The position numbers were made by a program, and so were the translations under genes. A stretch of DNA of 64,000 nucleotides from Bacteroidales bacterium (lineage in GTDB: Bacteria > Bacteroidota > Bacteroidia > Bacteroidales > GCA-2748055): assembly GCA_030673645.1 (NCBI GenBank), contig DAOVIO010000004.1:4641-68640 (forward strand). Direction: 5' to 3'. The first letter of the stretch is position 1. Every line of letters begins with the position of its first letter. Shown here one piece after another: positions 20,300-28,591 of the stretch. The notes beneath the pieces were generated by a model. It ran no database searches and was not told the origin of the DNA. It was given only the letters and a program-made list of their open reading frames with translations.

Positions 20300-21744
20300 A
20301 AACTACCTTTATTATTATTTTGTGTAGCATTTACCTTTAAGCCTGGCATTTCACCCCTAACATTATGATACTTTGTCTTTCTATATCCGGCTTCCCTATA
20401 ATACCAGTCTTTTGTAAGATTAACAGGTATATTGTCTCCGGTTTCCTTCATCCATTCTTCTAATACATTTCTTAAGTCATAGAGTATGTCATTGTATTCA
20501 GGGAGTGACGAAATATTATTCAATTGAAGGGAATCGCTATGACAATCATATAATTCTTCATTAGGTCTTGGAACAATAAATATATCAGCTTGAATAGTAG
20601 ATAGGTTTCCACTTTCATTTAAGGATGCCAATTCCTTAAAAGATGGACTGCCGACCGCATCAGCAGGTCCCATTTGAGGAAACTGAGGTCTGGAATTTAG
20701 AATATACATATAATCCTTATTTCTTACCATACGCTCATGTGCCTCATAATCATGCCAGTTATGTTCGGCAAATACATAATTTCGAAATTCCGTTTCAGGA
20801 TTTATGATTAACTGGTCGAAACTATATCCCTGAAATTGCTCAGGCGCATCAATTACTGCTAAATTCATAATTGTGGGAGCAATATCAATTGCACTAATAA
20901 GGCTATTAGAAATACTACCTTTGTTCTTTATTTTGTCGGGATAATGTATTATAAAAGGTGTTTTCATTCCACGATCATTAACCCTTGTTTTACTATGTGG
21001 GAAAGGCCTTCCGTTGTCAGCCATTATTATTATCATAGTATTATCCAATACATTTTGGGCTCTTAGCTCTTTTAATACTTCCCCGATGTAATAATCAAAT
21101 CTTTTTATTTCATCATAATATTTTGCCAGATCAGCCTTGGTTTCATTTCCATCTGACAAATAAAAAGGAGGATTAATTTCGTCCGGATTGTGAGTTCCGG
21201 AAAATTCATTTGAACCCCAACTGCGATGAGCATCATATGAGGCAAACCACATAAAAAAAGCTTTGTCTTTTGGCCTGTTTTTTATTGAGCTAAGCCACAT
21301 TTCTTCTCCACCGTCACCATTTTCTTCTTTGTTTTCATAAATCTTGTCAAAACCCCGTTTAGCATATTGCCCCATATGGAATTTTCCTGCCTGAACGGTA
21401 TAATAATTATTCATTTTTAATACTTCAGAAAAGGACATCATCTGAATTGGTGGCTCTGTATGTAATTCTGCAGCACCTGTATTGTGAGGATATCTGCCAG
21501 TCATAATACTATTCCTACTTGGACTACATGAACTTGCAGTTAGATAAACATTAGTAAATCTTATTCCATTTTCAGCTAATCTGTCAATATTAGGAGTTTG
21601 CACTTGATTATTACCATAACAGCCGAAGTCATCCCAGCTAACATCATCTGCTATAAAAATAATAAAATTTGGTGCCGGGTTTTGACCATAAGCATTGATT
21701 ATAAATAATTGGGCAGCTAATATAATTGATGTTGTATATTTCAT
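20296..21744 (-). CDS. Sulfatase (S1, Cys-type)
   Basis: PNFIIFIADD, CSPSR formylglycine motif, GKFH, ADNG. Confidence 0.93.
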   Translation of the reverse strand: MKYTTSIILAAQLFIINAYGQNPAPNFIIFIADDVSWDDFGCYGNNQVQTPNIDRLAENGIRFTNVYLTASSCSPSRNSIMTGRYPHNTGAAELHTEPPIQMMSFSEVLKMNNYYTVQAGKFHMGQYAKRGFDKIYENKEENGDGGEEMWLSSIKNRPKDKAFFMWFASYDAHRSWGSNEFSGTHNPDEINPPFYLSDGNETKADLAKYYDEIKRFDYYIGEVLKELRAQNVLDNTMIIIMADNGRPFPHSKTRVNDRGMKTPFIIHYPDKIKNKGSISNSLISAIDIAPTIMNLAVIDAPEQFQGYSFDQLIINPETEFRNYVFAEHNWHDYEAHERMVRNKDYMYILNSRPQFPQMGPADAVGSPSFKELASLNESGNLSTIQADIFIVPRPNEELYDCHSDSLQLNNISSLPEYNDILYDLRNVLEEWMKETGDNIPVNLTKDWYYREAGYRKTKYHNVRGEMPGLKVNATQNNNKGSF

Positions 21745-21993
21745 TTTTTTATGGAGTTTATTTTTGTGTCAGGCATGGTTTATATTTAGTACGTCTGCCC
21801 AATTTATTCTTTTCTTTTAATTCATATTTTATGCAGGGAAGTTGTTTTGTTCGCCATGAGACCTAAAGCTTAGTGAATGATAAGTATCGACATTGAACGC
21901 ATATTATTGGGCTTATGTTATATATAATAACTTCGATATATTTCTCATTAAGTGACTGATTAGATGTTAAGTATACCATTGTGTCGTCTTGCT

Positions 21994-22341
21994 TTATTCC
22001 AGGTCAATAATTATCATTATATTTTCTTTGACCAGATTTATTAAATTAGTTGGTAAGTTTCCTATTTTTTTCACCAACCTTTTATTATCAATTGCTCTAA
22101 TTTGGTCAACCATAATATCGCAATCATATTTTAGGTTTGCCACACCTTTTTTAAGATGAATTCTTAATATATCAGAGTCTTTATTGATATTTGTTGTTAT
22201 CGGGCAAATTATGGTTGACGGATGTGGTATCTTGTTTAGCAGATCTGTTTGAACAACTAAAACAGGCCTTATTTTATCTGTTTCTGTGCCTATCTGAGGA
22301 TTCAGTTCTGCAATCCAAATCTCATATTGTTTAATCGACAT
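21994..22341 (-). CDS. mazF: PemK/MazF-family toxin
   Basis: EIWIAELNP..GTE..KIRPVLVVQ, CPITT, DQIRAID..RL; ATG at 22341. Confidence 0.9.
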   Translation of the reverse strand: MSIKQYEIWIAELNPQIGTETDKIRPVLVVQTDLLNKIPHPSTIICPITTNINKDSDILRIHLKKGVANLKYDCDIMVDQIRAIDNKRLVKKIGNLPTNLINLVKENIMIIIDLE

Positions 22342-22561
22342 AATCAATCTCCTCAAAATCTTTAAGCACATCCATTGAATCCTTTTTCACCAACTCTGAT
22401 TCCATTTTAAGTCTTTTCTCAAGAATCAGGCGCTTTTGAAATTTGTTATAGTAATCAATCGCCTCATTAATATATCTATTACGAGGTTTCTTAAGCCTTG
22501 AAAGAATCTTCTCCGTTTCTCCAAAGATTGAATCGTCAATTTTTAATGATACTGTTTTCAT
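22331..22561 (-). CDS. Cognate antitoxin (RHH-like)
   Basis: MKTVSLKID...RNRYINEAI; overlaps the toxin start. Confidence 0.8.
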   Translation of the reverse strand: MKTVSLKIDDSIFGETEKILSRLKKPRNRYINEAIDYYNKFQKRLILEKRLKMESELVKKDSMDVLKDFEEIDYVD

Positions 22562-23002
22562 GATGGTATATTATGATAGCACAAAGGTATATCTATTTAG
22601 TATATCAATCAAAGGTTTTTATAACTTTATTTTTTTATCATTTTGTGTGTTCGTTAAGATGTACGTATTGGATTGTCTGATGCAGGCTTTTATCTAAATC
22701 CCAGGTTAATTACTCAAAATAAAACTATCATAGATCCATATTTTGCATTTGGAAGTCCTGAAAACTTTCAGGTTGGATTGAGGCTCCACTATGTATTAAA
22801 TTCAAATAAAAGAAAATATTGAGTTTTAATAATAAGGTATTTATCTATCTCATAGATAATAATTTGAAATCCCAATTTGTGCGAAGCACACAAGCGCGTT
22901 AGGTAAAACGGAAACTAAGAATCTTACCTTTACAAAAGAAAGAAAACCGAACGCCAATTCATTTCTTTCTTCTGACCGGAGTGCTATCCCATAGACTCCG
23001 GT

Positions 23003-23503
23003 TTATTTTTTAAACAATCTTATCAATTTATCAATTTCACCAAAAGGCAAGCTGGAATTTACTTTTTTCAGTAATTCCAACAATTGAATTCCTTTATCAT
23101 TAGTAATCATGCCATCATTAACCAATCTCTTTATTACCCAAATAGACCCATGGACTTCAATCCCCTGATCTTCTGCTTCATTTCTTAGCTTTTTGTCCCC
23201 GGTTAAGAGGAGACAGTCAAGTTGAAGTGATTTCCAAAGGACTGATTTATCTGTAATACCTTGGAAATTTCTCTTAGTTCTGAATCCAAGTATTTCTCCA
23301 ATCTACTCTGCTGTAAAATCAATGACATTAATCTTTTTTGCCCTAATGAATACGTTTATGGCTTCATTCTGGTCTGATTGTATTATTTCTTTAATAACAA
23401 ACTCCGTTGTACATATTTCAAAGTCCAAACTAAAGAACTCTGGCAATGCTTCGATACTGATAATATCAAAAAATATGTTCGTATCTGTTATTATCAGTTT
23501 CAT
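23003..23503 (-). pseudogene. PIN-domain protein interrupted by one in-frame TAG (23305-23303)
   Basis: MKLIITDTNIFFD...FTAE*IGEILG...ITDKSVLW...LLTGDKKLR...EVHGSIW...LFKK*; the frame continues past the stop; ATGA overlap with the upstream gene. Confidence 0.82.
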
Positions 23504-24585
23504 GCCAATTGCCTCATCGATTTTCGAAATTCCCAAACACTTTCTCCAGAATAATATGCTGCTTCATTCACTGATATTAAGCCTTTACCGAGGGCAAAGT
23601 ATACCAACCGTGAAAACCTGACAGGTTTTTCTTGACTCAAGTAATTTCCGGGTTCATTATTGTCTTTGTGATACCCTCGTGAACGGTAATTGATATTTAG
23701 GTTTCTGAAGACATAATCATTTACTATTTTCAATCTCAGGGCAGTTTGAAAAATTGCAGAGATGGAAATCCCCCATCTTTCTTTAATAAGAATTAATTCT
23801 TTTTCGTAAAAATGAAACCGTTCATAATGTAGTTCCCTTTCTGCCATTTCTGATGGATACAATACAACATTTGCGAATACATGACATAATCTTTCTTCAA
23901 CCTTATGTTCCATTCCTTCTGGAAACCTAAGAGAATGATGTGCAAGTTCATGTAAAGCAGTGAATCGTTTACGGCAGTTGTTCCCTTTGTATAAACCACC
24001 ATTTAAAACAATTACCTTTAATTCATTTACATCTGCTGATAATCCATCGAATTTTTCAGGAGCGTCAATCTCAATTACTTTATAGCCTTTATCTTCGAGC
24101 ATGGCAACAACATCAGGGATAGGATCATATCCTAAATTCCATTCTGTACGTAATTTTTTAGCAGCTTCCTCTGCATCGTCCGGGGTAATAATTTCTTGCT
24201 CAAATTCGAAGTAGGTTGGCTTCTCATCCAAGTTGAGTAGGTTTTCCAGTTCCAGATATCTCTCAAGAAGGGTTCTTGATTTTTCTTCAATTGTATCTTT
24301 TTGGGTTACTGAAATTCTGGATGAATGCTTGCGATAATCAGGATTGGAGAGTTTAACGATCACGGTTGGCTCAGCGAAGAAGTAGTCCACAGGGACATTT
24401 AATACGCTTGACAACTTAATCAGCAAGGAGCTATCTGGCTTCATAGCACCCTGCTCATACTTATTGAGAGATTGTTTGGTTACAATATTCCCTAAAGCAT
24501 CAGCGAGTTTCTGAAGCGACATGCCAGCCATTTTGCGGGCAGACGATAATCTTATTGCAAAGATGTTATCCATTATTTTGTTCAT
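23500..24585 (-). CDS. XRE HTH plus ImmA/IrrE (M78) Zn-metallopeptidase
   Basis: RL..ARKMAGMSLQKLA HTH; RKRFTALHELAH; E..CH.FA; WGIS. Confidence 0.92.
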   Translation of the reverse strand: MNKIMDNIFAIRLSSARKMAGMSLQKLADALGNIVTKQSLNKYEQGAMKPDSSLLIKLSSVLNVPVDYFFAEPTVIVKLSNPDYRKHSSRISVTQKDTIEEKSRTLLERYLELENLLNLDEKPTYFEFEQEIITPDDAEEAAKKLRTEWNLGYDPIPDVVAMLEDKGYKVIEIDAPEKFDGLSADVNELKVIVLNGGLYKGNNCRKRFTALHELAHHSLRFPEGMEHKVEERLCHVFANVVLYPSEMAERELHYERFHFYEKELILIKERWGISISAIFQTALRLKIVNDYVFRNLNINYRSRGYHKDNNEPGNYLSQEKPVRFSRLVYFALGKGLISVNEAAYYSGESVWEFRKSMRQLA

Positions 24586-24592
24586 CTGGTTA

Positions 24593-24630
24593 TGTTGACA
24601 AATATACAATAAATATACTAATTGTCAACA
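24593..24630 (-). promoter_or_regulatory. Promoter and putative XRE operator
   Basis: TGTTGACAA-N20-TTGTCAACA inverted repeat overlapping minus-strand TATATTTG (24606-24599). Confidence 0.55.
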
Positions 24631-24930
24631 AGAAGAGAATGATTTTTTTTGGAGTATTTACTAATAATTTGGTTTTATAGTCCCAAATTCTTGAATTGCT
24701 TGTGATCCTGTTTCACTTCAGCGTAGCTATCGAGGGTGCCATCCAGGAGGAGATAGAAAATCTGCTTTGTTTGAAACGTCAAGTCCAGGCCCTAACGGGT
24801 CCAGGAAGGAGACTTGCCTTATTCAAGCCAAACCAACCCCCTTTCACATGCCGAAAATTGTCTGAACTCGCGGGCGGCTCGCCCCACTAGCTATACCCAC
24901 TTTTAATATTAACAACTAAAACTTAATAAA

Positions 24931-25396
24931 ATGAAAGAAATTGAACATGTTAAATCATACAAAGCTGCTGAAGTAAAGCTTACTTACCTTACTAAACAGA
25001 AACCTTCAGATCGTTTTCAAATAAAGGATGCTAAGGATGCATCTGAATTGTTTTTTGAGATATATGGAATATGGAGACGATAGAGTTTATTGAGGAAGTC
25101 AAAATGATATTACTCAATAGAGATAACCGGGTACTTGGGATTGCTAATATCTCAATGGGTGGTATAACCGGAAGTATAATAGATACAAGAGTGATCTTAC
25201 AATATGCCATTAAATCTAATGCTACTTCTGTAATACTTGCTCATAATCATCCCAGTGGAAGTACTAAGCCAGTGAAGCTGATAAGCATATTACAAGGAAG
25301 ATAAGGGATGCTTTGAAAGTATGTGATATTAGTTTATTGGATCATTTGATTATTACTAAGGAGAGGGAACAGAATTCTATTATTGATTTGAAATAG
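24931..25396 (+). pseudogene. radC: RadC/JAB-domain gene with two frameshifts
   Basis: AAEVKLTY... frame from 24931; shift near 25060 (gagatatatgg); IEEVKMILLNR...AHNHPSG; shift near 25268 to SEADKHITRKI...LLDHLII. Confidence 0.85.
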
Positions 25397-25405
25397 TTCA
25401 ACTGG

Positions 25406-25441
25406 GACTTCATGCTGGGTCGTACCGGCCACATGAAGTCC
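25406..25441. terminator. Hairpin between convergent genes
   Basis: ggacttcatg...catgaagtcc 10-bp arms. Confidence 0.5.
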
Positions 25442-25470
25442 TATTTATTAGCAGCTGGTAAATCCCGTTC

Positions 25471-26094
25471 TCAATCAGAGCTATTTCTGTACTTCTTTTT
25501 AATTCTTTTAATATCAAATTTTAATCCTAGTGAAATAAATCTGTCCACAGACTTTTTAGTAATTCCATTATAATCAATGTAATGAGGAAAACCATTTGCG
25601 ACAGATAATTGGAATCCGAAAGATTTATTATTTTTAAATTCCGATCCTATTCCAAAGATCCAAAATGTGTCTTCATGATAATTAATTCCACATGTTCCAT
25701 ACAACCATTTGCTACCAAAAAGTAAGTCGTATTGAATTCCATATGGTTTTAAGTCAAGATTAAATAATGCAAGATCACCAGAAAATATAAAATCCCCCTT
25801 CTTATAGAATTGATGCTTATAATCAATTACTTGACTATATAAACCATATTGAGTTATTCCTATTTCATGGTTTGAAGCAATTCCGGTTCTATAACCTATT
25901 ACTGGTATTATGCTTTCATCTGTTAATAAGAATCTATTAGTTAATGGTTCATCAATTACAATCCCAAATGTCCAATTTCTCTCTTCTTTATCAAGCACTT
26001 GTGGTGAAGTTATTCGATTATAAGGTAAACACGAATTAAGAATAAAGATTATTAGTAAAATGCATATATAATTTTTCATAACTTGAATTCTCAA
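25471..26094 (-). CDS. Hypothetical lipoprotein, possibly beta-rich
   Basis: Lipobox LNSC after a hydrophobic leader; no family recognised. Confidence 0.55.
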   Translation of the reverse strand: MRIQVMKNYICILLIIFILNSCLPYNRITSPQVLDKEERNWTFGIVIDEPLTNRFLLTDESIIPVIGYRTGIASNHEIGITQYGLYSQVIDYKHQFYKKGDFIFSGDLALFNLDLKPYGIQYDLLFGSKWLYGTCGINYHEDTFWIFGIGSEFKNNKSFGFQLSVANGFPHYIDYNGITKKSVDRFISLGLKFDIKRIKKKYRNSSD

Positions 26095-26631
26095 TATTTT
26101 TAAAACTTGCTGCTAGTTTATATGTACTACAAAATCGTACATAAAATCCTCTGGAAAGTTATTATGTTTTGAAGAGTCGTACAATAATCTATTCTAATAT
26201 AGGAATAATATTCCACATCATCATTCCTGATCGTACAGATAATACTAGAACGAGCACAAAGAAACTACAATAACATCCCATATATTACACATAATCAAAC
26301 GCTTACAAAACAACAGCCTCAAATCTTTGATTTAAAGCCATTTACAGCCTCATAGAGACACTATCTCCACATGAGCAATAAGGTTTGTATAAATAGACAT
26401 CAAAAACACCTTATAAGGCTTTGAGACAACTAGTTAGGAAATAGAGTGAAATAGAAGGAAGTGGGCTTATAGCTAAGTCAATCAATAAGTAGGAAAGTAG
26501 AATTTGTTTCGGTAATGTTTCGGTAGCATAAAACAAAAATGCTCCTAAGCCTTATGTTTAAAGGCATTTATTTATTATCTTGCTCCTTAGTCCCGATGTA
26601 CATCGGGAGAACCTTCGACCTACGGACTGCT

Positions 26632-26919
26632 CTAACCAACTTTAAATCTTGCAATAATCTGAGAAATAGAATTCCGCTTTATAATAGTCTCAATGTAATT
26701 CCGACTTTTCTGCTTTTTAATATGTGACTCAACTTTCCTTGCTAATCCTCGATCATCACCTATTTCAAAAGAACAGCTCAGTACCCAAGGTCTGAAACGA
26801 GATGTAAATGAATTTTCAGAAAGATCATTATGTTCAATTAAACGTCTTTTCAGATCATTCGTATAACCTACATAATACTTATCATAACTTTCCGAATAAA
26901 GAATATATACCCAAAACAT
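26632..26919 (-). CDS. Small stand-alone GIY-YIG nuclease
   Basis: WVYILYS...YYVGYTNDLKRRLIEHN, FT.RFRPW, E..IKKQKSR. Confidence 0.92.
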   Translation of the reverse strand: MFWVYILYSESYDKYYVGYTNDLKRRLIEHNDLSENSFTSRFRPWVLSCSFEIGDDRGLARKVESHIKKQKSRNYIETIIKRNSISQIIARFKVG

Positions 26920-27203
26920 ATTAGGAATAATTTAATGCTACAAAAAAGCAAAATCAAATTTATGGAGCTAAATTGCTCCTCTGTCCCGGGAACTCTGGAG
27001 AACCTTCGACATACGAACCGCTCTAACCAACCCCAAATAAAAAACCCCAGTAAAATACATTTGTGGGGTTTTATTTGCTCCTTAGTCCCGATGTACATCG
27101 GGAGAACCTTCGACCTACGGATTAATCCCGATGTACATCGGGACCGCTCTAACCAACCCCAAACAAAAAACCCCAGCAAAATACATTTGTGGGGTTTTAT
27201 TTG

Positions 27204-27277
27204 CTCCTCAGGAAGGACTCGAACCTTCGACCTACGGATTAACAGTCCGCCGCTCTAACCAACTGAGCTACTGAGGA
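27204..27277 (-). tRNA. tRNA-Asn (GTT)
   Basis: TCCTCAGTAGCTCAGTTGGTTAGAGCGGCGGACTGTTAATCCGTAGGTCGAAGGTTCGAGTCCTTCCTGAGGAG folds as a cloverleaf with anticodon GTT. Confidence 0.97.
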
Positions 27278-27404
27278 AAATATGTTAATGAACTTCCTTT
27301 TTATTCTGTTGGATTCGAGATACGGATTAATCCCGATGTACATCGGGACCGCTCTAACCAACTGAGCTACTGAGGAAAATTTTATTACTTTTTCAAAAGC
27401 TCCG

Positions 27405-27412
27405 CAAAACTA
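27405..27412 (-). promoter_or_regulatory. Bacteroidetes -7 promoter box for the tRNA locus
   Basis: TAGTTTTG on the minus strand about 30 nt upstream of the first tRNA-like 5' end (27376). Confidence 0.6.
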
Positions 27413-27541
27413 ATAGCTTTTCAGGAATTAAGCAACATATTTGCTAAAAATATTTCCGATATTTAAAATCTTCTTCTTTTATTCTATTGAAAAAACTATT
27501 AAATCCATTAATTTAGTGGCAATAATCCTTAAACAATAATT

Positions 27542-28522
27542 ATGAAAGTTCTTGGGATGGGCAATGCCCTGGTAGATATAATGACCCGCTTGAAAAGTGA
27601 TGATATATTAGAAAAATTCAACCTTCCGCGTGGAAGCATGACTCTTGTTGATTTAGAGCTGTCAAACCTTATTAATATTCAATCTTCAAGTCTCGATAAA
27701 ACTATGGCTTCGGGCGGATCAGCAGCTAATACTATTCACGGACTGGCAAAACTAGGTATAGAAACCGGGTATATTGGAAAAATTGGAAAAGACGATCTGG
27801 GGAAAATCTTCAAAAAAGACATGAAAAAAAGTGGCATTAATACAATTCTGTATCAGTCAATGAATGATACCGGAAGGGTAATAGCCATGATTAGTCCCGA
27901 TTCAGAACGAACAATGGCTACATACCTCGGTGCTGCTGTAGAGCTTTCGGGTGAAGATATTTCGTCTGATATATTTCAGAATTATGATTTGTTTTATATT
28001 GAAGGATACCTGGTAAATAATTTTGAACTTTTCTCAAAATCTCTTCGGATAGCAAGAAAAAGCGGACTTAAAACAGCTCTTGATCTGGCTAGTTTTAACG
28101 TTGTGGAACAGTATAAAAACGAACTTTGTGAAGAATTAACCGGCTATGTTGATATTGTCTTTGCAAATGAAGATGAATCAAAAGTGCTTACAGGAGAACA
28201 ACCCGAGAAAGCTGTAAATACAATTTCCAAACTTGCAGATATTGCTATAGTGAAACTGGGTGCAAATGGATCCCTGATCAAACAAGGCTCTGATGAAGTT
28301 CATGTACCTGCACCGGTTATCAATAGTATCGACACTACAGGTGCAGGTGATATTTATGCTTCTGGATTTCTCTTCGGACAATCAAAAGGCCTGAGCCTGA
28401 AAAAATGCGGACAATTAGGAACTTTACTCGCCTCTGAAGTCATTCAGGTTATCGGCCCTAAATTAAATAGTGAGTCATGGAAAAAGATTGAGGAGAAATC
28501 GAATGAAATTATTGTGGAATAA
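27542..28522 (+). CDS. PfkB-family (adenosine/sugar) kinase
   Basis: GMGNALVD, SGGSAANT, FANEDE, DTTGAGD. Confidence 0.92.
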   Translation: MKVLGMGNALVDIMTRLKSDDILEKFNLPRGSMTLVDLELSNLINIQSSSLDKTMASGGSAANTIHGLAKLGIETGYIGKIGKDDLGKIFKKDMKKSGINTILYQSMNDTGRVIAMISPDSERTMATYLGAAVELSGEDISSDIFQNYDLFYIEGYLVNNFELFSKSLRIARKSGLKTALDLASFNVVEQYKNELCEELTGYVDIVFANEDESKVLTGEQPEKAVNTISKLADIAIVKLGANGSLIKQGSDEVHVPAPVINSIDTTGAGDIYASGFLFGQSKGLSLKKCGQLGTLLASEVIQVIGPKLNSESWKKIEEKSNEIIVE

Positions 28523-28591
28523 ATCTCCTTTCATATTTACAATTACTATATTATCATTTTGGCTAACTTTTATTATTAATTCATATTTGTC

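Larger units (their letters stand above)
26581..27376 (-). repeat. Array of tRNA-Asn-derived repeats carrying the palindrome TCCCGATGTACATCGGGA
   Basis: Four perfect 18-bp palindromes (26591, 27086, 27126, 27331) plus a degenerate one (~26983), each inside tRNA-identical sequence; duplicated terminator-like hairpins at 27035-27075 and 27161-27201. Confidence 0.9.

Noticed and set aside
22640-22990. Possible integron attC sites or gene fragment between the TA modules
   Set aside because: Only a weak resemblance; I could not define paired R/L boxes, there is no integron integrase, and the short frame at ~22690-22810 is unassignable.
23303-23305. Stop-codon reassignment or pyrrolysine
   Set aside because: TAG terminates many intact genes here (e.g. 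GIY-YIG, S9 peptidases, efp) and no pyl genes are seen.
24696-24890. 64-aa ORF
   Set aside because: Non-ATG start, no motifs, and it overlaps a structured GC-rich element that is better explained as non-coding.
26581-27160. Additional functional tRNA genes
   Set aside because: The copies lack the 5' acceptor strand and have arms replaced by the palindrome, so they cannot form a cloverleaf.
26868-27258. ORFs 26868-27179 (-), 26935-27258 (+) and 26539-26727 (+)
   Set aside because: They are translations of tRNA-derived repeats and overlap the tRNA or the GIY-YIG gene.
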